The position numbers were made by a program, and so were the translations under genes. A stretch of 64,000 nt of DNA. Origin: a virus (taxonomy: Duplodnaviria > Caudoviricetes). The notes under the pieces were generated by a model. It did no database searches, was not told the origin of the DNA, and saw only the letters and a program-made list of their open reading frames with translations. Location of the stretch: positions 4,763-68,762 of IMG/VR virus record IMGVR_UViG_2974532474_000001. One strand, written 5' to 3'. Each line of letters begins with the position of its first letter. The stretch's first letter is position 1. Shown here piece by piece: positions 45,733 to 54,891 of the stretch.

Positions 45733-45824
45733 GGTGCCCGACATGCAAAGAAACAGCCCGATTTCTTACACGTCCCGGCAACCTGTAAAGCTTTCTTACA
45801 CGTTCCCCCGCGAGCCCTAAGCAA

Positions 45825-45856
45825 AAACAGGCACGGCACCGCGGACAATGAGAATA
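45825..45856 (+). promoter_or_regulatory. Class M promoter, leaderless
   Basis: GACAAT -10; ATG at +28. Confidence 0.8.
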
Positions 45857-46656
45857 TGAACCCCTTGCACAACACCATTGAGGAAGTCCGGGCGCTCATT
45901 GAAGCGAACGGGCACACCCTCCCGGCGCAACTGACCAGCGCCGAACTGTTCGCCGGATACGGCGGCTTAGCCCAAGCAATCGAACGCGCATTCGGCGCCC
46001 ACACCCTTTGGCTTAGTGAGTTCGACGCCGCCCCGTCCAAAATCCTTGCCCACCACTGGCCCAACGTGATCAACCACGGCGACGTAACCAAGATCAATTG
46101 GGCACTCATGGGACGGCCCAACATCATGGGCGGCGGGTTCCCGTGTCAGGACGTAAGCCTTGCCGGTCTGCGCAAGGGCTTGAACTCCGACACCCGCTCC
46201 GGTCTGTGGTTCCACTTCCTCAAAGGAATCGTGGCCCTGCAGCCCGAGTTCGTACTATTCGAGAACGTCCGGGGCATCCTGTCCGCCAAGTCAGTCCGGG
46301 AAATGGAAAGCACCCCCGAAACGCTGGCACTGGACGCCGAAATTGAAGAACTGACCAACCGCCGCGAAATCCTCCACACAGAATTGGACACCCTCTATGA
46401 CGCCGCTGCCCACGCTGAGTTCAACACCCTTGAAGACCGAATTTCTGGCCTCCTGGAACAGCGAGAGGGGACTATGGGAGACGAATCAGATGGACCTATT
46501 CAGCGAGCACTCGGAACCGTTCTCGGAGACTTGGCCGATGCAGGGTATGACGCGCAATGGTGTGGCCTACGCGCTGCCGACGTGGGCGCCCCCCATGGGC
46601 GTTTCCGCGTCTTCGGCCTTGGAATCCGGCGCGACCTCCTCAGCCCCGCAGCCTGA
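45856..46656 (+). CDS. C5-cytosine DNA methyltransferase, catalytic half (motifs I-VIII)
   Basis: ELFAGYGG (I), GGFPCQDVS (IV), FENVRG (VI), VGAPHGRFRVF (VIII); stops before the variable region. Confidence 0.9.
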   Translation: MNPLHNTIEEVRALIEANGHTLPAQLTSAELFAGYGGLAQAIERAFGAHTLWLSEFDAAPSKILAHHWPNVINHGDVTKINWALMGRPNIMGGGFPCQDVSLAGLRKGLNSDTRSGLWFHFLKGIVALQPEFVLFENVRGILSAKSVREMESTPETLALDAEIEELTNRREILHTELDTLYDAAAHAEFNTLEDRISGLLEQREGTMGDESDGPIQRALGTVLGDLADAGYDAQWCGLRAADVGAPHGRFRVFGLGIRRDLLSPAA

Positions 46657-47896
46657 CAAGCTGATTCCCACGCCGGAAGCGAAGCTTGCCAGTTCCGGGC
46701 CGGACTACGCGCGAGCCAACAGGGCCGGAAGCGGTGGCCATGACCTCACCACGGCAATGCACATTCTGCATAACGAGTCCGTGGAGGAAGTCCCGGAATC
46801 CTCCCTGCTGCTCACACCTGTTGCCGCTGAGGGCGTCAAGCCGTCCAACACCATGGGCGTTGAGCGTCGCCTATCCACCGGGCAGCTGTTCCTCACCAAT
46901 CAGGTGGTCACCATCATGGGGCTAGACCCCTCAGAGGACACGGGCAAGCTGCTGCCGACGCCCACGACGCAGGAAACCAAGTCGGGGCCGTCCCAAGGTG
47001 CCAGGAACACGCCGCCGCTCAATCATGTGGTCACGGACCTACTGCCCACCCCCATTGCCTCAGACAGTAAGGGAACTGGCCCTGCAGACGCCAACCGGGA
47101 GACCGTGCAACTGCGAGCCATTACCGGGCTCTTGCCTACCCCCATGTGTGGCGACGCCAAGCAAGCCCGGAACTCAACGGCGAACCGTAACAAGATTCCC
47201 CCTACCGGCATTCATGCTGGGGACACCCTCACTGACTTGTTCGTGCCAAACGGGAACACCCCCATTTTCCCGACACCCAAGGGAAGCGACGGGGAAAAGG
47301 GCGGACCCAACCAGCGCGGAAGCTCCGGGGACTACGCCCTGCCAGCCATTGGCCACCTGTTGCCCACCCCGGCAGCCAACGACAGCGGCAACACCCCGGA
47401 AGAACACCTACGGAAGAAACCCGGGCGCACGCAAGTAACCAGCTTGCAGGTCATAGCTGACCATGGCCTCATTGAGACGGGCGGCAAGATTCTGCCCACC
47501 CCGACCGTGGGCAACGCAACAGGTGGCAACGCGCAGCGAGGCGGCGACCGTTCCGACGAAAAGCTCTTGCCCGGGCTTGCCGTCGAAATGACCGAGAAAG
47601 ACCCCTCAGAAATCAACTGGGGTGCCTACGCCCCGGCCATTCGACGCTGGGAACGTATCAGTGGCCGCATGGCCCCGCCGCCGACGACGGCAGCCGGCCG
47701 CGACGGCGCGCAACGCCTGAACCCGGCCTTTGTGGAGTGGATGATGGGGCTGAACCACGGGCACGTCACCGGGGTGGACATTCCCCGGTCAGCCATGCTC
47801 AAAGCCCTTGGTAACGGCGTCTGCCCACAGCAAGCCGAGGTAGCCATTCACCACCTGTTGAGCATGTTTGTGCGAGCCTACGGACTGGCCGCATGA
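46490..47896 (+). CDS. C5 methyltransferase second half: eight LPTP modules + motifs IX/X
   Basis: Frame open from 46397; GGGAG RBS before ATG 46490; RLNPAFVEWMMGL and LKALGNGVCPQQA. Start uncertain. Confidence 0.8.
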   Translation: MDLFSEHSEPFSETWPMQGMTRNGVAYALPTWAPPMGVSASSALESGATSSAPQPDKLIPTPEAKLASSGPDYARANRAGSGGHDLTTAMHILHNESVEEVPESSLLLTPVAAEGVKPSNTMGVERRLSTGQLFLTNQVVTIMGLDPSEDTGKLLPTPTTQETKSGPSQGARNTPPLNHVVTDLLPTPIASDSKGTGPADANRETVQLRAITGLLPTPMCGDAKQARNSTANRNKIPPTGIHAGDTLTDLFVPNGNTPIFPTPKGSDGEKGGPNQRGSSGDYALPAIGHLLPTPAANDSGNTPEEHLRKKPGRTQVTSLQVIADHGLIETGGKILPTPTVGNATGGNAQRGGDRSDEKLLPGLAVEMTEKDPSEINWGAYAPAIRRWERISGRMAPPPTTAAGRDGAQRLNPAFVEWMMGLNHGHVTGVDIPRSAMLKALGNGVCPQQAEVAIHHLLSMFVRAYGLAA

Positions 47897-48177
47897 AGGC
47901 CAAGCGCGAGCCGCGCACGTTCGATTTCCGCGAGACGTACTGGGGCCACAATTTCAGCGTGCATGGTGTCCCCACCAAGAAAAACCCGGGCAAGTGGAAG
48001 CGTGGCAAGTTCACTGGCTGGACCATATCCACGCCACGGCCACAGCCCGGTGACCGCATGATTTGGCAGACCAAGCTAGGGCACATAGTCGCCAAAATCA
48101 CCCATGTGGACCCCTACCGGGATCCCCAAGACATGGCCAAGGTCAAAGGCCGCATCCTGGAACGCGTCCGCGAGTAA
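47893..48177 (+). CDS. Hypothetical basic protein
   Basis: ATGA overlap. Confidence 0.7.
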   Translation: MKAKREPRTFDFRETYWGHNFSVHGVPTKKNPGKWKRGKFTGWTISTPRPQPGDRMIWQTKLGHIVAKITHVDPYRDPQDMAKVKGRILERVRE

Positions 48178-48181
48178 CCGA

Positions 48182-48208
48182 AAGCCCCCGTCATTTCGGC
48201 GGGGGCTT
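48182..48208. terminator. Probable terminator hairpin
   Basis: AAGCCCCCGTC...GCGGGGGCTT; weak U-tract on plus strand. Confidence 0.6.
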
Positions 48209-48221
48209 CCGCTTTACACAA

Positions 48222-48253
48222 AAACAGGCACGCGCGCTGAAAGACTGAACTTA
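48222..48253 (+). promoter_or_regulatory. Class M promoter, leaderless
   Basis: AAGACT -10; ATG at +28. Confidence 0.8.
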
Positions 48254-50055
48254 TGACCCTTTGCGAACCCTGCCAAGTCCTCTATGACGGGTGGCTTGAG
48301 TACAAGAAACCGGCAAAAGGGTGGATAACCCTGAACAACCCGGAACGCAGCGCAGAAACGCGCCGCTCACAAATCCAGGACACCCGCGACCTGCAACGCC
48401 GGCAACTGGACATGATCCGTGATAGCTGCAAACAAAATCACCAACCAGAGGAAAACGTGACCACTGAACTGACCGCCGAGGAAACCGCCGCCGTCGCTGA
48501 GGCGCTGGAAATCGCCAACGCCGTGGAAATGCCAGCGCCCGAACTCCACTACGAGGACAGCAACGTGAAGCTGTGGCACGGCGACTGCGTGGACGTACTC
48601 AAGACCTTGCCGGACAACAGCGTCGACGCCGTCGTCACAGACCCGCCCTATGGAATTCGGTTCATGGGCAAGGCATGGGACGGCGAAGACATTGAGGAAA
48701 TGACCCGCAAGCGCCGCGAGTCCGCGCCCATGCCGGACGGCGTGGGTGGACCGAACGGCGGTTACCAGTCCGCAAGCACCGAGGCTGGACGCTACAACCA
48801 GACCTTGACCGCAAACCAAGCGTTTGGGGAATGGTGCCTTGAGTGGACGCGCGAGTGCTTCCGTGTCCTCAAGCCCGGTGGCCACATTCTTGCGTTCGGC
48901 GGTTCCCGCACATGGCACAGGCTCGCAAGCGCCGTGGAAGATGCCGGGTTTGAAATCCGGGACTCAATCGCATGGCTCTACGGATCCGGGTTCCCGAAAT
49001 CCATGGACATTTCCAAAGCAATCGACAAAATGCGCCACGAGTCAGCGGACAAGCTCAAAGTCACCTCGTGGCTGGCTGACCAAGCCGACGCCAACAACAT
49101 CACCCGGCGCATGCTGGACGTTGCCATGGGCACCAGCGACATGGGCGGCTGGTGGCTCTCCCGGCTGGAACACCGCAGCCAGATTCCCACCATGGAGCAA
49201 ATCCCCCGCGTGCTGGCCACCCTTGGGGTTGAGGCTGAGGACGTGCCGGCCGAAATCCAGGAACTCATTTTTGAGCTCAACGGCGCCAAGGGCACCCCGG
49301 GCAAGGCATGGCTTGAGCGCGAGGTTGTGGGCACCCGCGAGACCGGCGACGCTTTGGGCTGGCTGCAATCCACTGGCAGCACCACCAAGACCGTGGACGT
49401 GACCACCGCATCCAGTGACGCAGCCAAGCAATGGGAGGGCTGGGGCACGACGTTGAAGCCGTCCTTTGAACCCATGGTTGTGGGCCGCAAACCCATGCGC
49501 CTGACCACTGCGGCCAACGTGATCAAGCACGGCACCGGGGGCATGAACATTGCCGCCACCCGTGTGGGCGACGAACTGCGCACCAACAAAGGCGGCAGCG
49601 CGTCCAGCCTGTCAGCCGTCACCCGCGTGGAACAGGGCTACCGCGACACCGTGACCGAGTGCGAGGGCACCGAATCCACCGTTTCCGGGCGCTGGCCCAC
49701 CAATGTGCTGCTGGACGACTTCACCGCGGAACTGCTCAACCAGCAAGAACGCGACGCCGCCCAATTCTTCCCCGTCTTCAAGTACGAGGCCAAAGCCCCA
49801 GCATCCGAACGCCCCAAAGTCGACGGCGTATCCCACCCCACCGTGAAGCCGCTGGACCTCATGCGCTGGTGCATCCGGCTTATCACCCCTCCCGGGGGCA
49901 TCATCCTGGAACCCTTCGCCGGCAGCGGCACCACAGCCGAGGCAGCCGTAATGGAAGGCATGCAGTGCATAGCCATTGAGCGGGAAGCCGACTACCTGCC
50001 CTTGATCCGGCAGCGACTCGAAAAGCCCATTGAAGTGGCCCTATTCCAAGTCTGA
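48253..50055 (+). CDS. Amino (N6A/N4C) DNA methyltransferase, beta class, with insertion
   Basis: VVTDPPY, RVLKPGG, HPTVKPLDLM, LEPFAGSGTT; possible internal GTG start near 48458. Confidence 0.9.
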   Translation: MTLCEPCQVLYDGWLEYKKPAKGWITLNNPERSAETRRSQIQDTRDLQRRQLDMIRDSCKQNHQPEENVTTELTAEETAAVAEALEIANAVEMPAPELHYEDSNVKLWHGDCVDVLKTLPDNSVDAVVTDPPYGIRFMGKAWDGEDIEEMTRKRRESAPMPDGVGGPNGGYQSASTEAGRYNQTLTANQAFGEWCLEWTRECFRVLKPGGHILAFGGSRTWHRLASAVEDAGFEIRDSIAWLYGSGFPKSMDISKAIDKMRHESADKLKVTSWLADQADANNITRRMLDVAMGTSDMGGWWLSRLEHRSQIPTMEQIPRVLATLGVEAEDVPAEIQELIFELNGAKGTPGKAWLEREVVGTRETGDALGWLQSTGSTTKTVDVTTASSDAAKQWEGWGTTLKPSFEPMVVGRKPMRLTTAANVIKHGTGGMNIAATRVGDELRTNKGGSASSLSAVTRVEQGYRDTVTECEGTESTVSGRWPTNVLLDDFTAELLNQQERDAAQFFPVFKYEAKAPASERPKVDGVSHPTVKPLDLMRWCIRLITPPGGIILEPFAGSGTTAEAAVMEGMQCIAIEREADYLPLIRQRLEKPIEVALFQV

Positions 50056-50056
50056 G

Positions 50057-50088
50057 AAACAGGCACGCCCCGCAATACGCTGAGGGTA
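50057..50088 (+). promoter_or_regulatory. Class M promoter (TACGCT)
   Basis: Same spacing; leader GCCACAACGAAAG follows. Confidence 0.8.
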
Positions 50089-50112
50089 TAAGCCACAACG
50101 AAAGGGCAAATC

Positions 50113-50685
50113 ATGCCAGTTACCGAGACATACACCGACGGGGCAGCCGCCCCGGAATGGGTCAAAGAGGGCGGCACCGTCGCCGTCTGCCAGCGCACCC
50201 GCTACGGCCCCGGCACAAGCGTGGACAAAGGCTATGTGGAGCGCCTGACCAAAACCCAAGTGATCCTGAACGACGGGCGCCGGTTCAGCCTCAAGAACGG
50301 CCTACGCCAAGTAGGCGACTCGAAACGCGACCCCTACGGACCCGGGCCGCTGTTCCTGGCTGAGTGGGGATCCGTCGAGGTCAAGTCAGCTCTACGGGAA
50401 CAGTTCCTGCGGAACACAGCCACCCTCATTGCCCAAAAGGCGCGCGTATTCGATATGGAACCAACCGGGCAGAAAGCCCACGAGCTTATGGGGCTGCTGG
50501 CCCAATGGCTGCACAAGGACGGCACCGTGGTGGATTACGGCGTGCCGGTCAGTGCATTGCGCCCCCATGAAATCGTGGTCAAGCCGGAAGCCGACGCGCG
50601 CCGCATAGCCAAGGCGGAAGGGCTGCCCGTCTACATGCGCGCGCCCGGGGTGCTGGCTGGCAAATGGGTTGAGGTGGCCGAATGA
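50113..50685 (+). CDS. Hypothetical protein
   Basis: AAAGGG RBS. Confidence 0.75.
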   Translation: MPVTETYTDGAAAPEWVKEGGTVAVCQRTRYGPGTSVDKGYVERLTKTQVILNDGRRFSLKNGLRQVGDSKRDPYGPGPLFLAEWGSVEVKSALREQFLRNTATLIAQKARVFDMEPTGQKAHELMGLLAQWLHKDGTVVDYGVPVSALRPHEIVVKPEADARRIAKAEGLPVYMRAPGVLAGKWVEVAE

Positions 50686-51122
50686 GCTTGCACCTTGTCA
50701 AGGCCATTGAGGAACTGGCGGAACGCTTGGACGGCGCCGCCGTCGCGCCAAGCATGTCTGAGGTAGCGGGAGAGCTCCGCGCGATCCTGGAACGCTACCC
50801 GCTGCCCCCGGAAGACGCGGACGAACGCGACTCAACGCACTGGCTGTTCCAGCGTCACAGTGAAACCCTCACCCGGGTGGCCAACGCCGTCAACGGCCCA
50901 CCCAAGCCGCTGTGGAGTCATTCCCACCATGACCTTGGCGAGAAAACCGAGGAACTGGCGGAAAAGCACAAGTCAGCCCTTTATCCGACCGCTGAACTGC
51001 TGGACGCCGTGGCCGAAAACGTCATGCTTGATTTCAACATTCCAAGCATGCGGTTGGCGCGTCAAGAGGTCCGTGTGACCCTCAAGCACCTTGCTGACGG
51101 GCTGGCCAATGGTCTCCGGTAG
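50682..51122 (+). CDS. Hypothetical protein
   Basis: ATGA overlap. Confidence 0.7.
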   Translation: MSLHLVKAIEELAERLDGAAVAPSMSEVAGELRAILERYPLPPEDADERDSTHWLFQRHSETLTRVANAVNGPPKPLWSHSHHDLGEKTEELAEKHKSALYPTAELLDAVAENVMLDFNIPSMRLARQEVRVTLKHLADGLANGLR

Positions 51123-51468
51123 CCGCCACAAGACCGTTGAGGACTCCCGGGAATGCTTGCACTGTGGCGAAACCCGGGGTGTTGTCCGGGCCAACAGTTA
51201 CGGGTGCGCCACGGTGGACCCATGGGGGCACTGCATTGAGGATTGGCCCCAGCACCGTTGGGCGGACTGGAAGCCGGAAGAAATCCCCAATTTCATCAAG
51301 ACCGAGGCAAAGCACAAGTATGTGCGCTGGAACATTGGGAACTTCCAATATGCGGCATGCGACGACACCACCAGAGGCCACGCGTTCCCCGTGACCGATG
51401 AAGACAAGTCATTCTTCCAAGCCGGCCAATGCATCTTTTGCGGAATAGAGGAACCCACCAATGCGTGA
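51109..51468 (+). CDS. Cys-rich hypothetical protein
   Basis: CLHCG...CIFCG. Confidence 0.65.
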   Translation: MVSGSRHKTVEDSRECLHCGETRGVVRANSYGCATVDPWGHCIEDWPQHRWADWKPEEIPNFIKTEAKHKYVRWNIGNFQYAACDDTTRGHAFPVTDEDKSFFQAGQCIFCGIEEPTNA

Positions 51469-51886
51469 CGAACGCCGGGTAAAAATCAACCTGTCACTGT
51501 CCTTTGAGGAAGTGGACGACAACGGCACTGTGGTGCGCCGGTCCACTGAAAGGTTCGGGGTTACCCACACAGCAACGATCACCGAGGCGACCCTGACCCG
51601 CTACCCGGACATGCCCTCCCACATGATTGCCCAAAAGATGGGCATTAGCATGCGGGACGCCGTGCTGGAAGTCCTCCCGGCGTTCCTGGACGGCAAGACC
51701 GGGCAAGCGTTCTGCCCCTCCACCATCCATGAGGGCAAAGAGATTCCCGCGCCCGTGGGTGGGCTGTTCATCAACCATTGGAACCCGGCCCGAAACAACC
51801 GGGTTTGGTACTGCGAGGAATGCGCAGCAATGGGCGAGCTCACAGGCATGTTCGAGCGAGACAAGGGCGCCGCTAATGGCAACTGA
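51461..51886 (+). CDS. Hypothetical protein with C-terminal Zn motif
   Basis: AGAGG RBS; FCPS..H...YCEEC. Confidence 0.7.
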   Translation: MRDERRVKINLSLSFEEVDDNGTVVRRSTERFGVTHTATITEATLTRYPDMPSHMIAQKMGISMRDAVLEVLPAFLDGKTGQAFCPSTIHEGKEIPAPVGGLFINHWNPARNNRVWYCEECAAMGELTGMFERDKGAANGN

Positions 51887-52160
51887 GGTCTACACCCCGG
51901 AACCCGTCCAAGGGCACCGCATGAAGCCCGATATTGAGATTGACGAACAAGGCGTTACATGGCTGCTCATTGAAACCAATTACGGCAGCTACAAAGCGAA
52001 CCACGCAACCATGACCGCGCCCCCGCCTGTCGCTGACCCCATCAGTGTGCGCATGGGCTTTGACCCCGGCCATATCAGCGTGGACTTCATCATCTATGCC
52101 CACGCCGCTGCAAGCGTCTTACGCGATAAGCCCGGGCCGTTCAACTTTGACGTGTTGTGA
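51876..52160 (+). CDS. Hypothetical protein
   Basis: Overlapping ATG. Confidence 0.6.
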   Translation: MATEVYTPEPVQGHRMKPDIEIDEQGVTWLLIETNYGSYKANHATMTAPPPVADPISVRMGFDPGHISVDFIIYAHAAASVLRDKPGPFNFDVL

Positions 52161-52259
52161 TTCCCAAGCCCGGACCCCGGCCCGTCACGAACCCTTACCA
52201 AGACCCGGTTGGCATAGCCCTTGTAAACCGCATCATCAAACGAAAGAGAGAACGAGAGA

Positions 52260-52538
52260 ATGACCGAAAACCTGGACCCAGCCAACGCCCCGTTGGACCA
52301 CAGCCAGCCGCCGAACCCGCGAGTGGGCGACATGGTGCTGTACCAGCCAAAAACGTGGGGCGCGCAGCCAGTACCGGCGACGGTCACGGCAGTGCTTGAG
52401 GACTCCCGTGTCTGCCTCAATATCATGTTCCCGCCGCACGTCCCGGAAGACCCCATCGACGCCGAACAGCGAGCGTTCCGGGACATAACCAGCTACCTGC
52501 CCGGGACCGAGCCGGGACGCTGGACACCACGCGACTAA
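52260..52538 (+). CDS. Small SH3-like hypothetical (PRVGDMVLY...PATVTAV...CLNIM)
   Basis: Purine-rich RBS. Confidence 0.7.
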   Translation: MTENLDPANAPLDHSQPPNPRVGDMVLYQPKTWGAQPVPATVTAVLEDSRVCLNIMFPPHVPEDPIDAEQRAFRDITSYLPGTEPGRWTPRD

Positions 52539-52569
52539 AACAGGCACGCGAGTGCTTACGGTGGGAATA
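52538..52569 (+). promoter_or_regulatory. Class M promoter, leaderless
   Basis: TACGGT -10; ATG at +28. Confidence 0.8.
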
Positions 52570-52940
52570 TGACCACCTTGCAAACACTCGCTGACGTTGC
52601 CGCGATTATCGCCCTCAAGTCACACACCTGGAACAACGAGGACGAACTACAAGAATCAATAGCTGAATCCCTCAAGGCCGCTGGGCTAGAGGTCACCCGC
52701 GAGGTGGCCCTGTCCGGTGGCCTTGGGCGTATAGACCTCATGGTGGGTGAACACCTTGGTGTTGAGGTCAAGGTAAAGGGGTCTTGGCAGCAACTCACCC
52801 GTCAGGTCATGCGCTACAGCCACGCCCCCGAAATCAAAGCCCTGTTGGTGGTCACCACCAAGCCCGGGCACGCCCAAAACGTCCCGCTCCAATCCAACGG
52901 CGTGCCGATCCTGACCCACTTGCTGCGGGGTGCGTTTTGA
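52569..52940 (+). CDS. PD-(D/E)XK nuclease-like protein
   Basis: EDELQ...REV...GRIDLMV...GVEVKV...QVMRY. Confidence 0.7.
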   Translation: MTTLQTLADVAAIIALKSHTWNNEDELQESIAESLKAAGLEVTREVALSGGLGRIDLMVGEHLGVEVKVKGSWQQLTRQVMRYSHAPEIKALLVVTTKPGHAQNVPLQSNGVPILTHLLRGAF

Positions 52941-54682
52941 GTCTCGCTCAACTCGAATTGCCCGTACCCACAACCCGGACCTATGGCTGGTACGAATACA
53001 CAGACCACGGCAAGCGCGGCAAGTGGACCCTACGCATGGAACCCGCCGTCGCTTCCCGTGTGAAGCGCATCTTTGCCCGTGTCCGCTGGACCACAGCCGG
53101 AACCGTGGAAATCTGGGACTCACTGGACGTAACCCGCGACCTGGAATGGATTCTTGAGCGCTGGCCCATGGTCCCAGCCAATCAGGCGACGGCGGAACGT
53201 ATCTACCTTGGCGCGAGGGCGCACCGACGCCGTGAGGAAACCATCCAGCGAGTCATTGCCGGGGAACGCCGTCTTGAGCTCCCGCGCGAGCCAGCCAAAG
53301 CCCCGCGTGATTACCAGCTAACCGCCGTGGACCTGTTGCGCTCAACTGGCCGGTTGCTGCTGACCGACTCCCGGGGCTTGGGCAAGACCTACACGGGGTT
53401 GCTCAACGGCACCCATGAGGACGCCCTGCCCATGCTCGTGGTCCCGCCGGCGCACCTCCCGGGCCGTTGGGCGTTAGAGGCGCAGGAATCGTTCCCGTTC
53501 CTCAGTGTCCAGATAGCCAAGAAAGGCGCACCCCCGGAAGGTTGGACGCCCGACGACATGCCCGACGTCATGATCGTGCCCTATTCCAAGCTGGCCGGAT
53601 GGGCTGACTACTTGGCGGGGAACTTCCGCAGCATCATCTTTGATGAAGTGCAAGACCTCCGAACAGGCAAGACCACCCGCAAGGGCCACGCCGCTGGCAT
53701 GCTCTGCGAAGACGCCACCTACCGGCTGGGGCTGACCGCCACCCCGATTTACAACTACGGCGGCGAAATCTGGAACATTATGGACATTCTCGCGCCCGGG
53801 GAACTGGGCACGAGTGACGAGTTCACCCGCGAATGGGGTTCGGTCAACTACAACGGCAAGACCCTGATCAAGGATCCCGCCGCGCTGGGTAGTTACCTAC
53901 GCGAGCAAGGTTTGATGCTGGGCAGGAACCGCAAGGACGTGGGCCGTGAGCTTCCGCCCCATGTGACCGTTCCCGTGACCGTAGAGAGCGACCCGGAAGC
54001 CCTGGACAAGGTGAAGGGCGACGCCCGGGCCATGGCGGAACTGATCCTTTCAGCGAACACCACCAGCTTTGAGCGCTTGAAGGCAGCCGGGGAACTGGAC
54101 TGGAAGCTCCGCGAGGCCACCGGCATTGGCAAAGCCCCGTATGTGGCCGAGTTTGTGCGCCTGTTGCTTGAGTCTGAGAACAAGGTGGTGCTGTTCGGTT
54201 GGCACCGTGCCGTCTATGACATTTGGATGGACTTGCTGAACGAGTTCCAGCCCGTCATGTATACGGGCAGCGAGTCCGCCGCGCAAAAGGATGCTGCGGC
54301 CGCTGAGTTCATCAAGGGTGACGCCCGGATTCTGATTATGTCCTTGCGATCTGGCAGCGGCGTGGACGGGCTGCAGGAAGCATCCAAGGTGTGCGTGTTC
54401 GGGGAACTGGACTGGTCCCCTCAAGTGCACTTGCAGGGCATCGGCCGGCTGGACCGCGACCCCGCAGACCCCGCCGTCGACCTCACACAGGTGGAACCCA
54501 CCGTGGCTTACTACCTGACCACCGAGGACGGCAGCGACCCGGTGATCATGGAAACCCTTGGGATCAAACGCAATCAGTCCGAACCCATGCTGAACCCTGA
54601 CGGGAAACTCACCAGAAACGCCACCCCAGACACCGGGCGCGCCCGTGCCCTTGCCCAACAAATTCTTGGAGGAAACCCATGA
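52937..54682 (+). CDS. SNF2-family helicase
   Basis: RDYQ, DSRGLGKT, IFDEVQDL, LTATPIYN, KVVLFG, QGIGRLDR; TTGA overlap start. Confidence 0.9.
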   Translation: MSLAQLELPVPTTRTYGWYEYTDHGKRGKWTLRMEPAVASRVKRIFARVRWTTAGTVEIWDSLDVTRDLEWILERWPMVPANQATAERIYLGARAHRRREETIQRVIAGERRLELPREPAKAPRDYQLTAVDLLRSTGRLLLTDSRGLGKTYTGLLNGTHEDALPMLVVPPAHLPGRWALEAQESFPFLSVQIAKKGAPPEGWTPDDMPDVMIVPYSKLAGWADYLAGNFRSIIFDEVQDLRTGKTTRKGHAAGMLCEDATYRLGLTATPIYNYGGEIWNIMDILAPGELGTSDEFTREWGSVNYNGKTLIKDPAALGSYLREQGLMLGRNRKDVGRELPPHVTVPVTVESDPEALDKVKGDARAMAELILSANTTSFERLKAAGELDWKLREATGIGKAPYVAEFVRLLLESENKVVLFGWHRAVYDIWMDLLNEFQPVMYTGSESAAQKDAAAAEFIKGDARILIMSLRSGSGVDGLQEASKVCVFGELDWSPQVHLQGIGRLDRDPADPAVDLTQVEPTVAYYLTTEDGSDPVIMETLGIKRNQSEPMLNPDGKLTRNATPDTGRARALAQQILGGNP

Positions 54683-54891
54683 TCAAGCTCTTTCGCCGCC
54701 GCCGTTACGTTGTCCAGTCATTCCACCCCGCCGAATACGCCCCCAACGATCAAAAACGGTTCCACGAGGCATACCAAGCGGACGACTACATGACCATGGT
54801 GCGCCGTAGCTACCCATGGACTGAATTCGTGGTCAGGGACCGCAAAACAGGGCTGGTGAGCCGTTACAAGTACATTCCCCGTGCACACTGA
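54679..54891 (+). CDS. Small hypothetical protein
   Basis: GGAGG RBS. Confidence 0.7.
   Translation: MIKLFRRRRYVVQSFHPAEYAPNDQKRFHEAYQADDYMTMVRRSYPWTEFVVRDRKTGLVSRYKYIPRAH

Noticed and set aside
52157-52399. 80 aa ORF as a real gene
   Set aside because: Overlaps 52260-52538 by 140 nt with low-complexity translation; unresolved and not listed as a feature.
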